From the NCBI GenBank assembly GCA_964458955.1, contig CAYWLA010000001.1:5982-45143 (forward strand): a stretch of DNA of 39,162 nt, in the 5' to 3' direction. Position numbers and translations under genes: made by a program. Position 1 is the first letter of the stretch. Each line of letters begins with the position of its first letter. Shown in pieces: positions 25,965-33,811 of the stretch. Source of the DNA: an uncultured Methanosarcinales archaeon. GTDB lineage: Archaea; Nanobdellota; Nanobdellia; Woesearchaeales; CG1-02-33-12. The notes below the pieces were generated by a model. That model did not search any database. It was not told the DNA's origin and saw only the letters and a program-made list of their open reading frames with translations.

Positions 25965-26543
25965 TTAATCAACAAATACCAGGTCATCAGACCATTCTTC
26001 TTTTATCTTTCCATTTCTCATGTTAATAAACGGCATGTAATTATGCATAATTATGAAATGTGAGTTGAATGTAAGCACATCTGTTTTTATCACAGCATCC
26101 TCTCCAAGCAGCCTTTTTAATTTTGGCAGAATCTCAGCATTAAAGACCTCAATTATGTCAGATTCAACCCTTGACTCTATTGTCATTGCGATAATTGCAT
26201 GGCCATCCTTGTCCCCAATTGAACATTCAGAAATATGCTTCATCTCTATCTTTGAGGGAAGGTTATTCTTCAGAATCTCGAATATGATGCTTCTTGTAAT
26301 ACCATACTTGAATGTTATTATGTACTGTTGCTTTGCGCCAAATTTTCCTGTTCCTGTAAAGGTATTATCAACATTTGTATGATAGCTTATTATTCCACTT
26401 TTTTCAAGAAGCTTTCTTTTCCTGTTTACACTTTTTACAGGAACATCTGTTTTCTTACTTATCTGGTTGTCAGAAATCCTTGGGTCTTTGATAAGTTCTT
26501 TTATGATAACATGCTCTTGCTGGTCAATTTCAACTATGTTAAT
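25965..26543 (-). CDS. Lrp/AsnC-family transcriptional regulator; probable non-canonical (ATT) start
   Basis: The ORF track lists only the C-terminal 92 aa (from the ATG at 26243). My own in-frame translation upstream gives (I)NIVEIDQQEHVIIKELIKDPRISDNQISKKTDVPVKSVNRKRKLLEKSGIISYHTNV, a textbook AsnC-type HTH. The frame is open back to a TAA at 26559-26561 and contains no ATG, GTG or TTG. GGGGTGG lies 7 nt upstream of the ATT at 26543. Confidence 0.6.
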   Translation of the reverse strand: MNIVEIDQQEHVIIKELIKDPRISDNQISKKTDVPVKSVNRKRKLLEKSGIISYHTNVDNTFTGTGKFGAKQQYIITFKYGITRSIIFEILKNNLPSKIEMKHISECSIGDKDGHAIIAMTIESRVESDIIEVFNAEILPKLKRLLGEDAVIKTDVLTFNSHFIIMHNYMPFINMRNGKIKEEWSDDLVFVD

Positions 26544-26582
26544 ACTAAACCACCCCTTTTATGTCATATATTAAATAATACT

Positions 26583-26590
26583 TATATAAA
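26583..26590 (-). promoter_or_regulatory. TATA box (TTTATATA on the minus strand) for the regulator/GT3/GalT/GDE operon
   Basis: It lies 47 nt upstream of the proposed ATT start. This leaves a roughly 17-nt leader carrying the AAAAGGGGTGG SD. Confidence 0.4.
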
Positions 26591-26669
26591 TATGTTTTGT
26601 TTTACCTCTTTAAGGGTTAACTTGTAAACAAATCTGTGTTTATGTTATTATGCAGTAATCGGCAAGTTA

Positions 26670-26677
26670 TTTATATA
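26670..26677 (+). promoter_or_regulatory. TATA box (TTTATATA) for the GT4/SDR/GH57 operon
   Basis: It lies 66 nt upstream of the ATG at 26736, and the leader carries the AAAAAAGGGGT SD. Its flanks mirror the opposite promoter (TACTTAT..ATAAATA). Confidence 0.4.
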
Positions 26678-26735
26678 ATAAGTACTTTTAACTATTTTAG
26701 TTAGTTTGGGATATATAAACAAAAAAGGGGTTTGA

Positions 26736-27956
26736 ATGAAAGTTTTGATGTTTGGCTGGGAATTTCCTCCATTTAATACAGGGGGCTTAGGGACTGCTTG
26801 CTATGGACTTACAAAAGGACTAAGCAAGCAAGGCATTAATATAACCTTTGTAATCCCCACAGCACCAAGATTAATTAAATCAGATTTTGTTGATATGATT
26901 ATTGCCTTTTCTACAAGTTTTGTTAATATCAAAACCATAGATTCATTATTAGTTCCTTACATATCATCAAGAGGATATGAAAATATGCATAAGAAAAGAT
27001 GTATGAATTCAGACAAAAACTTTAGCAGAATTTATGGCCAAAATTTATTTGAAGAGGTGTATAGATATGCCATGAAGGCAAGAGAAATAGCTGAAAATGA
27101 GACTTTTGACTTGATACATTGCCATGACTGGATGACTTATTTGGCAGGAATTGAAGCAAAAAAAGTTTCAAATAAGCCATTGGTTATGCATGTTCATGCA
27201 ACTGAATTTGACCGCACAGGCGATAACCCAAACCAGGCTGTTTATGATATTGAAAGAATGGGAATGCATGCTGCGGATTTGATTATAGCCGTATCTAACT
27301 TTACAAAAAATAAAATAATAGAGCATTACGGAATAAGCCCTGAAAAGGTATTTGTTGTTCATAATGCTGTTGAATTTACAAACTTTCCTGACAGCGAAGA
27401 TTTTAAGATAAAAAGCCATGATAAAATAGTTTTATTCCTTGGAAGGATAACACTGCAAAAAGGACCTGATTATTTCCTTGATGCTGCTAAAAAAGTGCTT
27501 GAAAATGAAAAAAATGTTAAATTTATTGTTGCAGGCTCTGGTGATATGGAAGCAGGCATGATAGAAAAGGCAGCAAGATTAGGGATTGCACAGCATGTCT
27601 TATTTACAGGATTTTTGCGTGGCGATGATATTGATAGGGCATATAAAATGGCAGATTTGTATGTTATGCCCTCTGTTTCAGAGCCATTTGGAATAACTCC
27701 ATTAGAAGCAATGAGAAACGGTACACCAGTTCTTATATCAAAGCAGTCAGGTGTTTCAGAGGTTATAAAAAACTGCCTTAAGGCTGATTTTTGGGATATA
27801 GATGAAATATCTAATAAAATAATCGCAGTACTTAAATATAATGCATTGCATCATTGCTTAAAAGAGCATGGTCTGATAGAAATAAAAAAATTCAGCTGGG
27901 ATGACAGCGCTAAAAAATGTATTGAAGTTTATGAAAGAGCATTAAGCAAATCATAA
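26736..27956 (+). CDS. GT4/GT5-type glycosyltransferase, probable archaeal-type glycogen (alpha-glucan) synthase
   Basis: MKVLMFGWEFPPFNTGGLGTA (the GGLG donor-site loop of GlgA-like enzymes), HCHDW, and the GT-B C-terminal domain EPFGITPLEAM. 406 aa. Confidence 0.7.
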   Translation: MKVLMFGWEFPPFNTGGLGTACYGLTKGLSKQGINITFVIPTAPRLIKSDFVDMIIAFSTSFVNIKTIDSLLVPYISSRGYENMHKKRCMNSDKNFSRIYGQNLFEEVYRYAMKAREIAENETFDLIHCHDWMTYLAGIEAKKVSNKPLVMHVHATEFDRTGDNPNQAVYDIERMGMHAADLIIAVSNFTKNKIIEHYGISPEKVFVVHNAVEFTNFPDSEDFKIKSHDKIVLFLGRITLQKGPDYFLDAAKKVLENEKNVKFIVAGSGDMEAGMIEKAARLGIAQHVLFTGFLRGDDIDRAYKMADLYVMPSVSEPFGITPLEAMRNGTPVLISKQSGVSEVIKNCLKADFWDIDEISNKIIAVLKYNALHHCLKEHGLIEIKKFSWDDSAKKCIEVYERALSKS

Positions 27957-27968
27957 AGGAGGTTTAAA

Positions 27969-28718
27969 ATGGATTTAAAAAACAAGGTTGCTATTATAAC
28001 AGGCTCAAGGAGAGGAATTGGTAAGGCAATAGCACTTGCCTTGGCAAAAGCAGGAGCAAATGTTGTTGTTAGTGACATAAACCTGGATGATTGCAACAAA
28101 GTAGTGGAAGAGATTAAGGCTATTAATGGAAATGCTTTGGCTGTTAAGGCAGATGTTTCAAATCCTGAAGATGTTAGCCATATGATAAACTTAACAACAG
28201 AAAAGTTTGGCAAGGTCGATATACTTGTTAACAATGCAGGGATATATATGCAAAAATCATTGACTGATTTTACAGAGCAGGAGTTTGACAGGGTTTTGGA
28301 TATAAACCTTAAGGGGGTTTTTCTCTGTTCAAAAGCTGCTGTTCCAGAGATGATAAAACAGGGCAAAGGCAAGATAATTAATATAGCATCTATTGCAGGC
28401 CAGGTAGGATTTGCAAATTCTAGTGCTTATTGTGCTTCAAAAGGAGGAATAATAAATATGACAAGAGAGCTTGCTTTAGAGCTAGGGCAATACAAAATAA
28501 ATGTTAATGCAATAGGCCCAGGAGTAATAGAGACACCTATGACAAAAGACTTATTAGAAGATAAAGCAACAAAAGAAACACTGCTTGCAAATATTCCATT
28601 AAACAGGATAGGAAAGCCAGAAGACATAGCAAATGCAGCCCTATTCCTCGCCTCAGATAACTCAGATTATATAACCGGCATTACATTATTTGTTGACGGA
28701 GGTTGGCTTGCACATTAA
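27969..28718 (+). CDS. Short-chain dehydrogenase/reductase (FabG-like)
   Basis: TGSRRGIGKAIA (TGxxxGxG), NNAG and YCASKGG (YxxxK). AAGGAGG SD. Confidence 0.85.
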   Translation: MDLKNKVAIITGSRRGIGKAIALALAKAGANVVVSDINLDDCNKVVEEIKAINGNALAVKADVSNPEDVSHMINLTTEKFGKVDILVNNAGIYMQKSLTDFTEQEFDRVLDINLKGVFLCSKAAVPEMIKQGKGKIINIASIAGQVGFANSSAYCASKGGIINMTRELALELGQYKINVNAIGPGVIETPMTKDLLEDKATKETLLANIPLNRIGKPEDIANAALFLASDNSDYITGITLFVDGGWLAH

Positions 28719-28727
28719 AGCTTAAAA

Positions 28728-29945
28728 ATGGTATCAATTTGTTTTTATTTTCAGGTTCATCAGCCATATAGGCTTAGGAACTATAATGTATTTGAGATTG
28801 GAAAGAATCATAGCTATACTAATAAGCAGAAAAATGAAGAAATACTAAAAAAAGTTGCACAAAAATGTTATCTCCCAACCAACAAACTAATGCTTGATCT
28901 GCTTAACAAGCATGAAGAATTTAAGATAAGCTATTCATTTTCTGGTATTATCCTAGAGCAGTTTGAAGAATTTATGCCAGAAGTTTTGCAATCATTCAGG
29001 GATCTGGCTGATACTGGAAAGGTTGAGATACTTGATGAGACTTATTATCACTCACTTTCATTCCTGCATTCAAAACAGGAGTTTAAGGAGCAGGTTATTT
29101 TGCATAATAAAAAAATAAGAAGCTTGTTTAAGCAAAGTCCCTCTGTTTTCAGGAACACAGAGCTTGTCTATAATAATGAGCTTGCAAATTTTGTTGAATC
29201 AATGGGTTATAAGGGAATACTTGCAGAGGGAGCAGACCATATACTTGGATGGAGATCACCAAATTTTGTTTACACCCCGAAAACAACATCAAAGATTAAG
29301 CTTTTACTTAAAAATTACAAGCTTTCTGATGATATTGCATTTAGGTTTTCAGATAAAGGCTGGAAGGAATGGCCACTTACAGTTGATAAATACACTAATT
29401 GGGTTAATAAGGTTAATGGAAATGGAAATCTAGTTAATTTATTTATGGATTATGAAACCTTTGGAGAGCATCAGTGGGAAGATACAGGAATATTTAATTT
29501 TTTAAGGCATTTGCCCCAGGAATTGCTTAAGCACCCAGATAATGATTTTAAGACACCTAGTGAGGCAATAAAAGCATATAATCCAGTTGCAGAACTGGAT
29601 ATTCACAGCCCTGTTTCATGGGCAGATGTTGAAAGAGATACAAGCGCATGGGATGGGAATGACATGCAGAAGTCAGCAATAAATGAGATATACCAGATTG
29701 AAGATGCTATAAAAAAATCAAGGGATAAAAAACTCATTAATGACTGGAGAAAGCTCCAGACAAGCGATCATTTTTATTATATGTGCACAAAGTGGTTTAA
29801 TGATGGTGATGTGCATAAATACTTTAATCCTTATGATAATCCTTATGATGCATTCATAACATTTATGAACATACTGAATGATGTGAACTTTAGGTTAAAA
29901 GAGCATTCAGAAAAAAATATTTTAAAAAAAGAGGTGTTAGTATGA
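28728..29945 (+). CDS. Glycoside hydrolase family 57 (alpha-amylase-like)
   Basis: ICFYFQVHQPYRLRNY is the characteristic GH57 region-1 (HQP) start. Also ETFGEH. 405 aa. Confidence 0.8.
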   Translation: MVSICFYFQVHQPYRLRNYNVFEIGKNHSYTNKQKNEEILKKVAQKCYLPTNKLMLDLLNKHEEFKISYSFSGIILEQFEEFMPEVLQSFRDLADTGKVEILDETYYHSLSFLHSKQEFKEQVILHNKKIRSLFKQSPSVFRNTELVYNNELANFVESMGYKGILAEGADHILGWRSPNFVYTPKTTSKIKLLLKNYKLSDDIAFRFSDKGWKEWPLTVDKYTNWVNKVNGNGNLVNLFMDYETFGEHQWEDTGIFNFLRHLPQELLKHPDNDFKTPSEAIKAYNPVAELDIHSPVSWADVERDTSAWDGNDMQKSAINEIYQIEDAIKKSRDKKLINDWRKLQTSDHFYYMCTKWFNDGDVHKYFNPYDNPYDAFITFMNILNDVNFRLKEHSEKNILKKEVLV

Positions 29946-30253
29946 AAACAAAAAAAAGAGTTAAAGAGAAAAAAATAGAAAAGAAGGATATATTGAAGGA
30001 TGCAAATTCAGACCATTATTTTTTTGTTAATGATGGAACTGTTTTGAAGAATGTATTGGATTTGTCTAAACAGATTGATAACATGGCTGATGAAATATTT
30101 GAACATCATGTCAATGAGACAAGAAATGATTTCAGCAATTGGATAAAGAACGTCTTTAAAGAGGAAAAGCTTGCAGAAGAACTTTTGAAAACAACTGATA
30201 AAGATAAAACACAGATAATTATCTTAAAGCATATAATAAAGAAATTCAACTAA
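29942..30253 (+). CDS. Small conserved protein, paralog A (F-x-HHV-x5-NDFSNW motif), function unknown
   Basis: 103 aa. Its start overlaps the GH57 stop (ATGA). It aligns with the next ORF across DHYFFVNDGTVLKNVLDLSKQIDNMADEIFEHHVNETRNDFSNWIKNVFKEEKLAEELLK. Confidence 0.6.
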   Translation: MKTKKRVKEKKIEKKDILKDANSDHYFFVNDGTVLKNVLDLSKQIDNMADEIFEHHVNETRNDFSNWIKNVFKEEKLAEELLKTTDKDKTQIIILKHIIKKFN

Positions 30254-30259
30254 AAAAAG

Positions 30260-30682
30260 GTGATTAAAATAGCAAAAAATAATTTATTGCCAGAAAATGC
30301 AAACTTAATCTTAAGTGATGTTGTTCCAAAACATGAATTTAGTATTCATATGGGGATATCCATAAAGAATCTGCGGGAGCTTGCTGAAGCATTGGAAATA
30401 ATGGATGATGATGCCTTTAAGCATCATGTGACAAAAGAAAAAAATGATTTCAGCAACTGGGTTAAAGATATTATTGAAGATGTTGAACTAAGCAAGGATT
30501 TACTGAAAGCCAAAACCAGGAAAAAAGCATTTGAGGCAGTTAGCCAGAGGATTGAGCAGCTTAAAAGTGGCCATGTGGCAAAAGACAAAATAAACCTCTT
30601 CACAGATAAGTTTTTAATCGGCCTGATTTTGGGCTTAGTGATTGGTTTTGTGATTTCAGCAATAATAAATGGGCTGGTTTGA
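30260..30682 (+). CDS. Small conserved protein, paralog B, with C-terminal TM anchor, function unknown
   Basis: KHEFSIHMGISIKNLRELAEALEIMDDDAFKHHVTKEKNDFSNWVKDIIEDVELSKDLLK, plus a C-terminal FLIGLILGLVIGFVISAIINGLV. The start is uncertain: the listed GTG lies within an AGGTGA SD-like motif, and an in-frame ATA follows 6 nt later. Confidence 0.6.
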   Translation: MIKIAKNNLLPENANLILSDVVPKHEFSIHMGISIKNLRELAEALEIMDDDAFKHHVTKEKNDFSNWVKDIIEDVELSKDLLKAKTRKKAFEAVSQRIEQLKSGHVAKDKINLFTDKFLIGLILGLVIGFVISAIINGLV

Positions 30683-30766
30683 TAAGATTTTAGAAATTAC
30701 TTGACAATTATAATTTATCTAAGAGGTATTATCATTAATGAGTTATGCTTTTACAAATAGCCCATT

Positions 30767-31456
30767 CTACTTTAAATCATTAAATATATCAGGATTCTTT
30801 AATGCAGCTCGACCTATCATTGCACCTTTTATTCCAATAGCATTCAGATATTTTACCTGCTCTTTTGTCTTGATGTCGCCGTTTGCTATAATAATCTTAT
30901 TTGTCTTGACTATTTCGTTGTAAACGCTAAAGTCCGCAGGATCTTTGAGGATTTGTTTACCATCTCTTGCATGAACTATAAAGAAGTCTGCATCTACTTT
31001 GTTTATCAAGTTAAGATAGACTTTTTTTTGCTTTTCGAATTTGTTCATTCCTAATCTTAATTTTATCGATGCAGGATGACTGTAATCCTTTATTGTTTGA
31101 ACTATTTTTTTAACTTTACTTATCCTTTTAATTAAAGCGCAACCTAATCCTACTTGAACCATGTTCGGACTTGAACAGCCCAAGTTTAGATTGAATCCTA
31201 AGAATCCTTTTTGCGGTAAAAAGTTTTGCAGGAACTTATTTAGATCTGTGACATTTGATCCAATCAGTTGAATGTAAGTTGGAATTGGCTTTGGAATTTT
31301 AATTTTTTCTAATGTGCTTTTATTGCGCTTGGCTAATCCAGATATTCTTGCCATTTCAGTGAATGTTGAATCTGCTCCTTTTTTGTAGCATAGCTCTCTG
31401 AATTCTGGGCCAGTGTGGTCTTCCATCGGTGCTAGCATCAGTTCGAAGTCTTTCAT
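30767..31456 (-). CDS. tRNA-dihydrouridine synthase family protein (short, TIM-barrel only)
   Basis: MLAPMEDHTGPEFRELC and NLNLGCSSPNMV (catalytic Cys context). 229 aa. Confidence 0.65.
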   Translation of the reverse strand: MKDFELMLAPMEDHTGPEFRELCYKKGADSTFTEMARISGLAKRNKSTLEKIKIPKPIPTYIQLIGSNVTDLNKFLQNFLPQKGFLGFNLNLGCSSPNMVQVGLGCALIKRISKVKKIVQTIKDYSHPASIKLRLGMNKFEKQKKVYLNLINKVDADFFIVHARDGKQILKDPADFSVYNEIVKTNKIIIANGDIKTKEQVKYLNAIGIKGAMIGRAALKNPDIFNDLK

Positions 31457-31657
31457 AGGAAATAAAATTGAGGAGGGATTTAATAAATGTATTGATAAAA
31501 GAGTGCTCCTTTCTACAATAAACTAGATTTTACGAAGTAAAATTCAATATGTCCGCAGGAATAACTCTTTATTTTCTTTTTAAAACTTCAATACGATTAA
31601 ATATAACAAGAATTTAAATGTTACATAAACTAATATTTTAATTAGTTAGTTATCTCT

Positions 31658-33019
31658 TTATTTGAACTTCATACCTTGCATACCCTTGCCGCTGAATTTT
31701 TTCATCATTCTTTCCATATTCTTTGGACTTCCGCCCTTGAATAGCTTTGCCATCTTCTTACTCTGCCTATACTGCTTTAATAATTCCCTTATCTCTTTTG
31801 TAGATGTTCCTGCACCCTTTGCAATCCTGTCAATCCTTGTAATGCTTATAATATCTGGATCTTCAAGTTCTTCTCTTGACATTGAGTCCATTATAAAGCG
31901 CCATTTTTTCAGCTTTCCTTCCTGAACTTTTAACAATTCTTTTGGCATTTTTAACTGGGAAAAACCTGGAATCATTTCTGTTATCTTGCTCAAAGGTCCC
32001 ATCTTGCTCATTGCCTGCATCTGCTCATATAAATCAATTAAGTTAAAATCTCCTTTGAGAAATCTTTTTCCTAAATCCTCTGCATCTTCCTTGGATATTG
32101 CCTGTTCTGCTTTTTCTAATAATGCTTCAAGGTCACCCATGCCTAAAAGCCTTGAAATAAATCCTTCTGGTCTGAAAACCTCTAAATCCTCTGATTTTTC
32201 GCCAACACCAATAAATTTTATCTTTGTATCTGTTGCAGCGCATGCTGTTAAAGCTCCTCCTGCCTTAGCAGTGCCGTCCATCTTTGTTACAATCACACCG
32301 GTTATCTTGCATGATTCATGGAAAGCCTGTGCCTGTTTTTGGGCTGCTTGGCCAATATCTGCACTTATTACCAAAAGATTTTCCTCTGGCTTTACAGCAA
32401 TGTTTATTTTTTTTATTTCTTCAATTAAATCCTTTGATAATGCATCCCTTCCAGAAGTATCTATGATTATTATATTGTATTTGCTGAACTCTTTTTCAAA
32501 CTTTTTCAATATGTTTAATGGATTTTTTTCTTTTTTGTCAATAAAAACAGGAACATTTGCTTTTTTAGCTATCTGCTCTATCTGATCCATTGCAGCAGGT
32601 CTGTGGGTATCAAGGCCAACCAATGCAACCTTATAACCCCTTTTTGTATAGAATTTAGCGAGCTTTCCTGCCTGGGTTGTTTTTCCAGAGCCAAACAGGC
32701 CAACAAGCATTATCTTGGTTGGCTTGCTTTTTATTTCTATTTTTCCTTCTTCTTTTCCAACGAAGTTTACTAATTCCTCGTAAACTACTTTTACAAGGTA
32801 TTCTTTTTTTGTGAGGCCAGCAGGAGTTTCCTCTTTTAAGGCCCGCTCTTTTATCTTATTGGTTAAATCAAAGACTAGTTGAACATTAACATCTGCCTGC
32901 AATAAAGCTCGCTGTATATCCTTCACAAGCTCATTAATGAGTTTCTCGTCAACAAATATTGCTTTTGCTATCTTGCTTAATGTATTCTTTAGTGAGCTTC
33001 CAAGCTTGTCCAATACCAT
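31658..33019 (-). CDS. srp54: Signal recognition particle protein SRP54
   Basis: GLFGSGKTT, DTSGR and TKMDGTAKAGGAL (NG domain), plus a Met-rich M domain. Confidence 0.9.
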   Translation of the reverse strand: MVLDKLGSSLKNTLSKIAKAIFVDEKLINELVKDIQRALLQADVNVQLVFDLTNKIKERALKEETPAGLTKKEYLVKVVYEELVNFVGKEEGKIEIKSKPTKIMLVGLFGSGKTTQAGKLAKFYTKRGYKVALVGLDTHRPAAMDQIEQIAKKANVPVFIDKKEKNPLNILKKFEKEFSKYNIIIIDTSGRDALSKDLIEEIKKINIAVKPEENLLVISADIGQAAQKQAQAFHESCKITGVIVTKMDGTAKAGGALTACAATDTKIKFIGVGEKSEDLEVFRPEGFISRLLGMGDLEALLEKAEQAISKEDAEDLGKRFLKGDFNLIDLYEQMQAMSKMGPLSKITEMIPGFSQLKMPKELLKVQEGKLKKWRFIMDSMSREELEDPDIISITRIDRIAKGAGTSTKEIRELLKQYRQSKKMAKLFKGGSPKNMERMMKKFSGKGMQGMKFK

Positions 33020-33071
33020 TTTACATCTGAAAACAGGTTTTCATTTATAAAACTTTAGAAAAAAATACTTA

Positions 33072-33731
33072 TTATAATTTATTTTGGTATTTTAAGGATG
33101 CAAAAATTGAATCATTAAATTTTTTAGTTTTTTCCAATGCTTCAAATTCCACTGTTGTTTTTTTTCTGTGTCTTTCACTATCATTCATTGCCTGTTCTGA
33201 TAAATGAGGGTCATTATTTATCTTAGTTATATATGATTGTTGTACATTTAATTCTTCATAACCCTGAATTTTTTTACTAATTGAAGAATAGAATGCTTCT
33301 TTAGCCCTTTCTTCTACTGCTTTTGAATCAACAAGAAATTCATCCACTGATTTATCAAAAACTGAATTTTTTTCATTAGATAATTCCCTTAAATTATTTT
33401 TTATTACACCATTATTTCTTTTGACTATTTTAACATAATCTTCTATTGCTTTTGTTAAAAGTTGAATATATACTTCCTTATGTTCATAAGTTGTGTTCAT
33501 GCGGATATTTCCATCTGCCAATACTTCGACCTTCTCCCATTCTTTATTAAAGCGATGTTTTTCTTTAATATAAGAAAACATCATCTTAATCAATCTATCT
33601 CTCCTATCAACAACTCTACCTGGCTTATTAATTACTTCCATATTTTCTGAGATATGGTTCACTAACTCTTCTATTGTTGAGTAATACTTTTTATTTTCTT
33701 GACTGATTCCAGGTTTTTCTTCAATAGTCAT
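33072..33731 (-). CDS. Hypothetical protein (219 aa, charged, predicted helical)
   Basis: The long ORF sits between two well-supported genes on the same strand. No motif recognised. Confidence 0.45.
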   Translation of the reverse strand: MTIEEKPGISQENKKYYSTIEELVNHISENMEVINKPGRVVDRRDRLIKMMFSYIKEKHRFNKEWEKVEVLADGNIRMNTTYEHKEVYIQLLTKAIEDYVKIVKRNNGVIKNNLRELSNEKNSVFDKSVDEFLVDSKAVEERAKEAFYSSISKKIQGYEELNVQQSYITKINNDPHLSEQAMNDSERHRKKTTVEFEALEKTKKFNDSIFASLKYQNKL

Positions 33732-33811
33732 TTTTACATCAGGTAAATTTATAACTTAAAAGTAAGAACTAATTTATAAACCTTTTGTTTTGTTTAAAGA
33801 AAAAGGAAAAA

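Noticed and set aside
26053-26627. Two + strand ORFs (109 and 99 aa) in the regulator region
   Set aside because: The minus strand here encodes a clear AsnC-type HTH and ligand domain. The + strand products are Phe/Ile/Cys-rich and unstructured.
27929-28372. 147-aa minus-strand ORF overlapping the end of the GT4/5 gene and the SDR gene
   Set aside because: It lies antisense to an SDR with intact TGxxxGxG/YxxxK motifs, so it is a shadow ORF.
31986-32585. 199-aa + strand ORF opposite SRP54
   Set aside because: It is entirely antisense to the conserved NG domain of SRP54. It is a hydrophobic, Ser-rich shadow frame with no start signals.
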